DNA from: Chrysochromulina tobinii
Lineage: Eukaryota
Assembly (NCBI GenBank): GCA_001275005.1
Contig: JWZX01003043.1
Span: forward strand, 1 to 36,752
Direction of reading: 5' to 3'
Length of the DNA: 36,752 nt
Shown: positions 18,448 through 27,501 of the stretch, one piece after another
Layout of the letters: every line of letters starts with the position of its first letter
How positions within the stretch are numbered: position 1 is the stretch's first letter
Notes under the pieces: generated by a model
Seen by the model: only the letters and a program-made list of their open reading frames with translations
Told to the model about the DNA's origin: nothing
Databases searched by the model: none
Program-made: the position numbers and the translations under genes

Positions 18448-19143
18448 TCAGAGCTCCTGCTTCTGCAGTTCTTGAGTTCCTGAGCCACGCCAGCGCAAGT
18501 GGCGGATGAGTGCATCTAGGAGCTCAGCGGCGGCCTCATTCTGCTCCATCGTGTTTGACGTTCCACTTACGAGCGTCTCAAGATCACGCGGGCTCAGCCG
18601 CAGAAGCGTGGCACCGTCCACTTCCGCTGCTTCAAACGCGGGTGCGAACGCTTCTAAACCCGCGTCCTCGAGCCAAGCCGCCACGGCGCCCACGTCCCAC
18701 CCGCTAGGTGGCGGGTGCATCGCGTGGTGTGCCTTCAGCTCGCTCGTCGACATGAGCCCACGCCGCTCACGTAATTCGGCAATCTCCATTGCGATGAGCG
18801 CGATGTGTTCACTTGCCGATAGCATGAGCTCTGAGGACAGTTTATCAGCGTTTAAGGCTAGCAAGCGAGTGCCGTCAATCTTTGCCGACTCGAAGGCGTT
18901 GCGGTACTCGTGAAAGCCAATGCTCTCCACCCATGCCTGCACATCCACAACCTCCCATTGGCGAGGGTCTGCACGCACATGCGGCAGTGAGACGAGAAGC
19001 GATGAACATTCGGTTCGAAGTGGCCCTTGGCAGTCGGAGAGCGCACCAGAGACGGGCTCGAGGCTTCGTGGTGGGTAGGTGTCGTACGTCGGCACGCCAC
19101 GCTGCAACGCGCCGGCAATCGCGACGGCGACGAGCGCGAACAT
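18448..19143 (-). CDS. Signal-peptide protein with two SAM domains and a C-terminal KQEL
   Basis: MFALVAVAIAGA; SAM1 WEVVDVQAWVESIGFHEYRNAFESAKIDGTRLLALN; SAM2 WDVGAVAAWLEDAGLEAFAPAFEAAEVDGATLLRLS; the protein ends QKQEL*. Confidence 0.85.
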   Translation of the reverse strand: MFALVAVAIAGALQRGVPTYDTYPPRSLEPVSGALSDCQGPLRTECSSLLVSLPHVRADPRQWEVVDVQAWVESIGFHEYRNAFESAKIDGTRLLALNADKLSSELMLSASEHIALIAMEIAELRERRGLMSTSELKAHHAMHPPPSGWDVGAVAAWLEDAGLEAFAPAFEAAEVDGATLLRLSPRDLETLVSGTSNTMEQNEAAAELLDALIRHLRWRGSGTQELQKQEL

Positions 19144-19312
19144 GATTTCGCGTTGGCGAGGTCGTCGAGCTCGTCGAATGTGCCTCGCGGCGTTTCGGTC
19201 TCAACACTTTGGGATCATCGCGGCGTCGTATCGTGCATCGGAGCCGCCGAGCCCCGCGTAACAATTCGGAAACCAAAGTATGCACATATCCTGCGAGGCC
19301 ATCTAGACTCAT

Positions 19313-20965
19313 ATGCCGACCCCTCGAAATCGGGGTATGAGGATTGATGCGCTGCGCTACTCAAACCTAGAAAGCGCCATAGGGCCAGACGGCACGAGCG
19401 TCTACTCCTTCGCCTTCGACCTCAAGGCGACCAACGGTGCCATGTATCGGCTGACAGCCCGCTACTCCGACTTTCGGCGGCTCACATACAAGGAGCTGCT
19501 GGCAGCGTACCCGGACGCGTACGATTGGATGCCACGATTCCCGCCAAAGAACCCGCTCGCCAAGCAGACGCCGGCGTTCCTGCTTGCGCGCGGCCGCGGG
19601 CTCGAGACCTACCTCGGCGCATTGCTTGGCGACCCGAGGCTGAGTGAGTCAGAGCCCATCCGAGCGCTGCTCGCGATGGCGAGAGTCGTCGAGGAGGCCA
19701 GCGGCGACGCGGACGGTGAAGGGTCGCTGATTCCCACGAGCACGCCGTCCGCCCACGCGGTCACCGCCACGACGGCCATGCAGCGTGCGACCTTTAGTGC
19801 GCTCGAGACTGTTGGTTCGACTTCTGGGCTGGAAGCGTGGCAGGCGCGAGCGGTGGTGGCGTCGGCAGAGGTGGCGGCTGCTAGCTCATGGGCGGCCTGG
19901 TCGCTCGCGGTCGTCTTCGAGCCCGCCACCTCGCTCGGCATCGCCCTCATGTTCGGCGTTGTGTACGAGCAAGCAGTGCTTTATGTCTGCTGTTGCTTGC
20001 TCGGCATGACAGCTGGCCACGTGTGCAAACGGCTGTGGCTTGCCCCGCCCAAGAACGGCAAGGTGCATGCGCCAATGGGCAAGTCGATCTCGTACGCACA
20101 GCCGCGCTTCCCACCCGCCGCGGCCGCAACCTCGGCGGCGGCGCCAGCGGCGTTCGCAACAGCGCCGCAAGAGATGCAGCCCGCCGCCGCCGTGGCGGCG
20201 GCGAGCGAGGCAGCGGGCAGGTCGATCGACGCTGCCGAGGCCACCGCAAATGGTTCGGTCGACGCGGCCGCCAAGGCCACCGAGGTGCAGTTGCGAGCGG
20301 CTTCCGAGGCACTGGAGGCCAACAGAGTGTTCGAGGCATCGATGCCCCATAAAGAGTCTGACGGATGGAGATTCTTTGCGACCAAAGAGGACGTAGATGT
20401 GTACCTCAACGTGCGCCCGAATGGGACGGGCACCTGGGGCATGGGCATCGGGCGCATACCCGCCACTGTCGCGACGGTGCAGGAGGTGCACGATATGGAG
20501 CGGTTCAAAGGAGTCCTCGACAAGCAGTGGGAATCGACGAAACTTCTCGGTGAGGTGCCCCCTTCACTGATCTCGATCGCGGGCTGGGAGGTCAACTCGT
20601 GCACCATCCAGCAGAGCCTGTACCGCAGCCCCGCGTGGCCCGTCGCGCCGCGCGAGAGCTGCACCGTCATGGTGAAGATGCGTTGCCTTGCCGACGGCGG
20701 GGTGAGGCTGCTGCACCGTAGCTTCGACTTCCCAGGCTGCACTCCGCCGGAAGGGTACGTGCGCGTGTCACTGGACGTGGGTGGCTACTCGCTGACGCCC
20801 ATCAGGCCTCACCATCTAGATGGCCTCACCGAGATGCTCTACCTCAACATCCTCGACCCGAACGGCTCCATTCCAAGCGTGGTCGTCAAGAAAACGGTGC
20901 CCGAGAGGGCGCTCAGCGTCGCACGCGTGCGCAAGTGCTGCGCCGAGCTCGCGAAGAGCCGGTGA
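19313..20965 (+). CDS. PX domain - transmembrane hairpin - START domain lipid-transfer protein
   Basis: PX: ARYSDFRRL...MPRFPPK...FLLARGRGLETYL. Two hydrophobic segments at about aa 195-235. START: GWRFFATKEDVDVY...WPVAPRESC...PPEGYVRV...YLNILDPNGSIPSVV. The start may be ATG 19337. Confidence 0.85.
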   Translation: MPTPRNRGMRIDALRYSNLESAIGPDGTSVYSFAFDLKATNGAMYRLTARYSDFRRLTYKELLAAYPDAYDWMPRFPPKNPLAKQTPAFLLARGRGLETYLGALLGDPRLSESEPIRALLAMARVVEEASGDADGEGSLIPTSTPSAHAVTATTAMQRATFSALETVGSTSGLEAWQARAVVASAEVAAASSWAAWSLAVVFEPATSLGIALMFGVVYEQAVLYVCCCLLGMTAGHVCKRLWLAPPKNGKVHAPMGKSISYAQPRFPPAAAATSAAAPAAFATAPQEMQPAAAVAAASEAAGRSIDAAEATANGSVDAAAKATEVQLRAASEALEANRVFEASMPHKESDGWRFFATKEDVDVYLNVRPNGTGTWGMGIGRIPATVATVQEVHDMERFKGVLDKQWESTKLLGEVPPSLISIAGWEVNSCTIQQSLYRSPAWPVAPRESCTVMVKMRCLADGGVRLLHRSFDFPGCTPPEGYVRVSLDVGGYSLTPIRPHHLDGLTEMLYLNILDPNGSIPSVVVKKTVPERALSVARVRKCCAELAKSR

Positions 20966-21431
20966 GGCTGACGGGGGCGGGGCTGCCCCGCAGCACGATC
21001 TTTTCTTCCTGCAGCTCCTCGTCGCAGTTGGGCCGCAGAACGAGGAGCGAGCGTCTCGAGCCGCTTGCTCTCTGTTCACTGCTGCTTCAGCCTTCACCGC
21101 ACGGCCGCATCGCCAGTAACTACATTTAGATGTATTGAATAATGCCGCATCTCCAGGTACGACGACGACGTCCCCGGCCGAAAAGTTCACTTCATCTTCA
21201 ATTCACAATTGTGTCGAGTATTTAACGAAATGTTGATTGTTGAACAGATGATCCGTCACCGAGCGTGCGTGCCGGTCAGCGGGGATCGGGATGAGAACAC
21301 ACAGATCGAACTCAGGGCTGACTTGACAGCTCATACCACGACCTCACTACTTTACAGCGCGTGTTGCGTGAGTTAGGCCGCAAAGGAAATTCGGGGATCG
21401 TTTCGAGAGCTTCCAAAAGAAGAGGCGTTGA

Positions 21432-22655
21432 ATGCCAAAAGCGGCACCCAAAAGCGATCGGCAAGCGCTCGCGGCCCGATCGTCGGCAGGAAACGAAATC
21501 GCGGGGCCTGGGCACATGGCACCGTCCTCGATCTGGGACATCACCGTGTTCAAACACACGAGGGACGACCGCCTGGGTATCAGTCTCGAGACTGGCGATA
21601 AAGAGAATGTCGTCGTGGTCAAGGCGCTTGCCCCTGGCGGCCGCGCAGAGATTTGTGGCATCCTCGCTGGTGACGAGGTGCTGTCCATTGGCGGAACGCC
21701 ATACGCGTCCGCTCTAGAAGCGGCCCGTGCGCTGCGCGAGAGCGATGGTTCGGTCAACGTGCGCGTCGAGCGGCGCAGTGGCTTGTCCTTGTCTGCGTGC
21801 AACCTGAGCAACCGCAGCGGCCCTACCTACTCGGAGACTAACTCAGACGAAGTGGGCGACTCCGACGAATACTCCGACGAGCACTCGGACGAGGACATCG
21901 TGGGCCAGTGGGAGGAGTATCTCGACTGGATGATCGTCCGTATCATGGAGCGCGAGGACGAGCTACGCGAGTGCCAGGAAGAGACAGCAGATGCGCTGGT
22001 GCAGTCGATGCTCGCGATTCGCGAGCCGGAACCGCCGTCAGATGCGGACATGGAGGACCCCGAGGCCATGCAGCTGTACATGGAAGCGATGGCCGTGTAT
22101 GCTCAACAGCAGAGGAACCGGCTGACCGAGCTCGATGGCGCCCAAGAAGCAATAGACGAGAACCGCGATGCCTCCGCAGCGTTGTTGCTGTGCACCACTC
22201 GACGGCAAGAACTCGAGGTGCTGCTTGGGCGCGTGCACACGCTGACAGAGCAAGACGCGGAGCGCATCGAGGAAATCTGGCAGGAGCTGAGCGGGGGGCT
22301 CGAGGACGAGGAGGCAGACGTGCAGGAGCAAGGGGAGGAGCAGGGCGATGACGCTGACGAATCCCTCATACTCGAGGCGACGAAGCTAGCGTTGGGTTCG
22401 AGATCATGCCCGAGATCACACGCCCAGTTGCACGTGCCCGAGCCGAGCAGCGCGCTCGAGCGGCTGCGCGAGCACAGCAAGCACGTGCGCCTCAACCAGC
22501 GTCTTCAGCGGGCGCGCTCCGGCAAAATGGGCGCCAAGCCGAGCGCCGTCACGCTGGCAAGCGACGATGAGGTGGGTTGCCAGATCCACCCCGAGGCAGA
22601 GAAGAAGAAGCTGCAGCGAAGCTATTCGTTTGGGCGCCGCACGAAGGCCAGTTGA
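21432..22655 (+). CDS. PDZ-domain protein with an acidic coiled-coil region
   Basis: RLGISL..VVVKALAPGGRAEICGILAGDEVLSIGG..LRES..VRVER, followed by an E/D-rich helical region. Confidence 0.8.
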   Translation: MPKAAPKSDRQALAARSSAGNEIAGPGHMAPSSIWDITVFKHTRDDRLGISLETGDKENVVVVKALAPGGRAEICGILAGDEVLSIGGTPYASALEAARALRESDGSVNVRVERRSGLSLSACNLSNRSGPTYSETNSDEVGDSDEYSDEHSDEDIVGQWEEYLDWMIVRIMEREDELRECQEETADALVQSMLAIREPEPPSDADMEDPEAMQLYMEAMAVYAQQQRNRLTELDGAQEAIDENRDASAALLLCTTRRQELEVLLGRVHTLTEQDAERIEEIWQELSGGLEDEEADVQEQGEEQGDDADESLILEATKLALGSRSCPRSHAQLHVPEPSSALERLREHSKHVRLNQRLQRARSGKMGAKPSAVTLASDDEVGCQIHPEAEKKKLQRSYSFGRRTKAS

Positions 22656-22692
22656 GCGTTGAGCGTGAGCTGACCCGAAGCGGCCGTCGTTG

Positions 22693-22768
22693 GATGCGTC
22701 GAGTTCATCAGTGGTCATCAGTTGACTCATCAGTGGTCATCAGCGAACGTTTAGATGCATCGAGTTCA
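22693..22768. repeat. Non-coding short CATCAG array bracketed by a 15-nt direct repeat
   Basis: GATGC(G/A)TCGAGTTCA at 22693-22707 and 22754-22768 encloses four (T)CATCAG units spaced 10-12 nt apart. Confidence 0.7.
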
Positions 22769-23231
22769 CGCTCAGTCAGCAAGAGAGGCGTGGTCCGGAT
22801 CCGCAATCGCATCCAAATTCGCAAGATTGTGCCGAATGTGAGACACGACGCGCTGCTGCATGTGTACGACTAATGAGCAGTGGTGACGATCAGTCGGTGG
22901 ACGTGTGGGTGAGGCTCGGCTGAGGCGAGGGGAGTCGGCGGGCGGCGGGGCCGGCGCTGTGCGCGGTGAGCCGTGAGACGGCGACGATGGTAGCTGGAGG
23001 TGGAGCCAGTATAGAAACGAGAGCGCGACTGGAGGCCGCGGCGCCGGTGTGGCTGTGGCTTGTCAGTGGCCGGGGGAGCAAATGACCGATGGAGCCAAGA
23101 CGAGAGGGAGAGCGGTCGACCGTCGCGGTATCGTAAAGGCGACGCGAGTCGGGTATTTGGCGTATGAAAGTCGACCCGAGTCGGTAAAACGCAACACACG
23201 TATCGGCATATAAAGAGTTTCGGGTTTAAGG

Positions 23232-24713
23232 CTACGAAAGCGTCGCTGCGGCGGCGCCGCAAGACCGGCCAGCGGCAGCGCCGGCGCCCTCTCCCATGGC
23301 CTCCGGCCGGAGCAGTGAGTCACTGGTCCAGTTGAGGTCCTGTGCGACGCGGCACGCGCATTGGAGCGACACGAGCGCGTACCCCTCCTTGCCATGCTGC
23401 TGGCCGGCCGGAAGGAAGTCGCAAATGAAGGCGAGCTCAGCCGGCAGAGACGTGACGCGGCTCCGCGTGACCACATACACGAGCAGTGGCAGCAGGTCGT
23501 CGGCACCCATGGCGGCGCCCTTGGATGCCTTGCCCGTGCCCGCGGCGCGCAGGCTCAGTGCACGCGTCGCGCATTTGATCACTTCCTCGCACGCCTCAAG
23601 AAGCACCTGCATGCAATGAGGAAGGCAATCAGATGGCAATCAGAGGCCATCAGGAGTGCACGCCTCAAGAAGCACCTTTGCTTTCTCTTCTGGCGTCCGG
23701 TAAAAGGTCAGCGTGCGCAGCAGCTGAACTGCGATGGCGTATGGCAGGCGCGGGTCGCTCGGGCCGCAGTCACGCAGTGCCACGGCACTCGGGTCGCCGG
23801 GCTCCACCAGCCACAGCGGCGGCGGCAGCTGAAGGTCGCACGGGAGCAACGAACGCATATGATGGCTCGACTGTGCGAGCGCGCTGATCTCGGTCGCCTG
23901 GGCCGCTGCATAGAGGGGGCTGAGCACCGCATAAATGGAGCGGTGGAGCTGGCCGGCGAGCTGGCGCCGTCCCTCGCCCACCGCGCGCGGGTCCTCGCGC
24001 AAGCTCAGCGGTAGGTGCTCGTCGAGAAGCCCCTCGAGCGCCGTCAGTACCTCGTGAACTCGAGTCACCACTTGCTGAAGAGGTGGCGGTGCGCCCTCCG
24101 CTGGCGCGTGGTCGGCTCGAGAGCGCCACCACAGTCGCTGTGGGAGCTGCTGCAAGAGCTGCAGGGATGGAAGCGGCAGCGGCCACAAAGATGACGACGG
24201 CGCGGCCGGCACAGCCGACGGCGCTGAGGCGCGCTCAGCCGGCGCGGCAGCCACCTGGCCGTACATGTCTCGGAAGTCGTCAACAAACTCGCAGAGCGCC
24301 GAGCCGACGGGCAGCGCGGCATCACTCACTAGAGCGCTGAGCTCATGCCGCAGTGCCTCGGTGGGCCTTTGGGCCCCGGTTGCGGCGTCTGCGGTCAACT
24401 CGGCCTGGCTGCTGCTGCTGCTGCTGCCTCCGCCCTCAAGCACCTCAACCATGGCAGTGGGAGGCTGCGGCGTGGCAGCGTCTGCCATGTGGCTGGTGGG
24501 CTTTGCGATTTCGAGAGACCATGGGCGCAGGCTCACATCGGACCGCAGCAGCGCCATCAGCGCTTCGCTCTCCCGGAGCACGACATCTTCTTGTGATCCA
24601 GCAAGCCAAGCGATGAACCGCTGTTGCTGCTCAATCTTCAGAGCCGAGTGTGCCAGTCTCATGGTCCGATTGGACAGCTCCGACGCTGCCGCAGCGACGA
24701 AGTGGCCATCCAT
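23232..24713 (-). CDS. VPS9-domain protein (Rab5-family GEF); exons 24713-23676 and 23606-23232
   Basis: PYAIAVQLL..YRTPEEKAK|VLLEACEEV...MGADDLLPLLVYVV...ELAFICDF...GKEGYALVSL. The intron contains an in-frame stop and its removal joins the two ORFs. Confidence 0.9.
23607..23675 (-). other. 69-nt GT-AG intron flanked by a perfect 20-nt direct repeat and containing CTGATKGCC units
   Basis: AAG|GTGCTTCTTGAGGCGTGCACTCCTGATGGCCTCTGATTGCCATCTGATTGCCTTCCTCATTGCATGCAG|GTGCTTCTTGAGGCGTGC. The repeats lie at 23589-23608 and 23658-23677. Confidence 0.9.
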
Positions 24714-24908
24714 CCGATTCGATCGCGCCCGACAAGACGGCTCGATGCACGTTCACGTTCAATTGGCCTGGATTGCCATCTCGGCAATACGAGATGCCTC
24801 GTGGTTTCGTTCTCCGGACCGACCGTTTCCAACGATCTACATGTAACCAAGAACCGAACCTATTAGGACTGACTGCCGGTACAGTGGATTCGAGCTTCGC
24901 CCGCAGCT

Positions 24909-25925
24909 TCAGCGCAGGCCGCAGCTTATGTGCGCAGCCGCGTTGTCGCACTCGCATCGTCGCCACGTCCGTGCCACTTCATCGTGCAGAGCGGGCGCAT
25001 AGCGTGGGCGCGGTGTACCTGCACGCAGATCAATGTGCCCAGGCGGGCAGGCAGATTCCCAGCGACTCAATGCATCTGACCGATGAGCGCCGCGGCAGTC
25101 GACGAGCTCCAGCGTCATCTTTGGAAAGAAGGGCGAAAACTGCATCGAGTCGAAGCCCTGCAGGCGCACCTCGCGACAGGTGGGCCTCCTATAAAGGTAA
25201 CTGCTGCCGAGCAGTCGCTTGCTGCGCCCTGTATTCCACCACACGCCTGCTCTCACACGAGGTAGCACGAGGGAGTCGAGCGCGACACGGTCAGGAAAGA
25301 CTTAAATAGGAAGAACCACGCGCTCTTCCGCTCACTCGTTGCGCTATTCACCTGAGCCTGGAGCGGCCCAAAACCACACCTGGCCTACTAGGCACTGGTC
25401 ACGCTCCTGGCTCTTGTCGTTCCGACGCGCAATCCGAATGATCTCGACCCACATGTTGTCAGGCACTCCAGTCATCCGCACGTCCTCGTGGATAGGTGGT
25501 GTGCGAGTCACGAAAAAGCCCGGGAACGGCATAGGCTCAGGCGTGGTGCACGGGTCCATTATGGCGTCGCTCAGCGGTGCCCATAGCGCGCCAGTCGGAT
25601 AGTCACACAAAAAGCAAGCCCACCAGACCTGAAAGTCGTGGCCGAGCGATGGCACAGCCGACCAGAAGAAGCGGAACTGCGAGATATTCACCTGCAACAC
25701 TCCAATCGGCTGTTCGTACACACGGCGCAGATATTGACGCAGCCTCTCAGGATGCGCTTCTGCATCTCGGAGCCATGCTCGCTGCGCTGGAGCTGCGAGG
25801 ACTGCAGCGTTGTCGCACGGAGGACGCGTGGGGCATTTTGAGGCTCCTGGCGGCACTGGTGTAAAGTTCAACGCGGACGACACCAACGGGCTGCGTGACT
25901 GTCGGTGTGGGCAGCCGCTTCTCAT
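24909..25925 (-). CDS. Uncharacterised Trp/Cys-rich protein; exons 25925-25352 and 25246-24909
   Basis: Intron CAG|GTGAAT...GAGCAG| (25247-25351, 105 nt) joins two track ORFs in frame: WFWAAPGSG-VWWNTGRS...GFDSMQF...ELVDC. The 5' end is uncertain. Confidence 0.7.
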
Positions 25926-26099
25926 CTATCCATACAAGCAACAAGGCGGCGCCTCATTCATGTGAACAGCAAAACAGGACTCTTATCAGTATGCGCCTAA
26001 AAAGGATGATATTCGTTTCAATCAAATCTCCAAATGATGACGAATTCCCTTTTTAGTCATTGACCGTTCTTTCTACTTCGACGACTTTCTACACGCCTC

Positions 26100-27263
26100 A
26101 TGCTTGCGCTGTTCGTCCTTTGCAATGGTTTCGTCGTGCCCGCACGATTCGCGCTGCAGCGGGTGGAGCCTCTTGCAGTTTATATGGGCGGGGACGCCTA
26201 CGGCGCCTCCGGTACTTCTTTCTACACCACCACCGAGAAGCAGGAATCCTACGACTCGCTCGACACAGTGCTCGCCGCGAAGTGCCGCGACCCCGAGATA
26301 CTAATGGTGATCAAGGAACAGCTCGACGCGTGCGCGAAAATTACCGACGCGCTTCGCTCCACCCTCGTCACCGTCGAAGGCTCCGCCAACACCTTCGGTG
26401 ACGCGCAGCTCTCCGTCGACGTCATAGCTGACCAAATCATGTGGGACGCGGTCAAGTCCTCCGCGGTCGTCGCCTGGGGCGCGTCTGAAGAGGAACCCGA
26501 AATCAAACCCTGCAACCCCAAGGGCAGATTCACTGTGTGCTGGGATCCCCTCGATGGCTCTTCCATCGTCGACAACAATTGGGCCGTCGGTACCATGATC
26601 GGCATCTGGTCAAAGGAATCCGGTTCCGGCACGAACGGGCTGATTGGCGCCACGGGCCGCGACCAAGTCACAGCGCTCATCGCCTTGTACGGGCCCCGTA
26701 CCACCGTGCTCGTCGGTCTCGATGACGGCGTGTACGAGTTCTCCTACGGCTGCACCCCCGACGGCTGCCAACAACCCGACGGCAGCTTCGCTCCCTGGAT
26801 CTGCTCCCGCAAGAAGATCCAGATCAAGCCCGACACGCGCGTCTTCTCGCCCGCGAACATGCGCGCGGGTAACCAGGTCAAGGGCTACAAGGAGCTCCTG
26901 AGCTTCTACCAAGACGAAGGCTACACCCTGCGTTACACTGGGGGTCTCGTCCCTGACGTCTACCAGCAGTTCACCAAGAATATGGGTATCTTCACCAACC
27001 CCACCTCGAAAGAGTCCCCGGCCAAGCTCCGCCTCGCCTTCGAAGCGTCGCCGTTCGGCCTTCTCGTCGAAATGGCGGGCGGCAAGACCTCCGATGGCGT
27101 GTCCGGTGGCTCCGTGCTCGACGTGAAGATCAACACCGTCGACCAGCGCACGCCCTTGTGCATTGGCTCCGCCAACGAGGTCGACCGCTTCAACAAGATG
27201 GTGCTTGGCATGAAAGTCACAGCCCCTACTGTGAGCTTCCCCTCTTTTTCCCCTCGTGAGTAG
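26100..27263 (+). CDS. Sedoheptulose-1,7-bisphosphatase (FBPase class 1 family), probably plastid-targeted
   Basis: Motifs NTFGDAQLSVD, ASEEEP, WDPLDGSSIVDNNWAVGT, YGPRTT, YTLRYTGGLVPDV and AKLRLAFE. Strong C-ending codon bias. The N-terminus MLALFVLCNG-FVVPARF resembles a bipartite presequence. Confidence 0.9.
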   Translation: MLALFVLCNGFVVPARFALQRVEPLAVYMGGDAYGASGTSFYTTTEKQESYDSLDTVLAAKCRDPEILMVIKEQLDACAKITDALRSTLVTVEGSANTFGDAQLSVDVIADQIMWDAVKSSAVVAWGASEEEPEIKPCNPKGRFTVCWDPLDGSSIVDNNWAVGTMIGIWSKESGSGTNGLIGATGRDQVTALIALYGPRTTVLVGLDDGVYEFSYGCTPDGCQQPDGSFAPWICSRKKIQIKPDTRVFSPANMRAGNQVKGYKELLSFYQDEGYTLRYTGGLVPDVYQQFTKNMGIFTNPTSKESPAKLRLAFEASPFGLLVEMAGGKTSDGVSGGSVLDVKINTVDQRTPLCIGSANEVDRFNKMVLGMKVTAPTVSFPSFSPRE

Positions 27264-27501
27264 CTTTGCGTTTTTCTATTTTCGGCGCGCCCGGTCGTTA
27301 ATGCGCTATGCGGCATGGTTAATGTCGTGTGGGATCGGCCGGCCGGCGAGCGCCCACCGGTGCGGCACCGGCCCACCCGCCACCGAGATCGCAGACCCGA
27401 TCCTGAGTGACGATGGTCGAGGTTGACGGGGGCTTGACGTGGCCGGGCGCCGTTCGCGCGGGCCCGCCACCGCGCACCGGTCGGCCGACACTCACTTCCG
27501 C

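Noticed and set aside
22780..23230. Possible extra small minus-strand gene (acceptor-like CATGCAG near 22856; ORF 22870-23262)
   Set aside because: No convincing start, donor or protein motif could be assembled.
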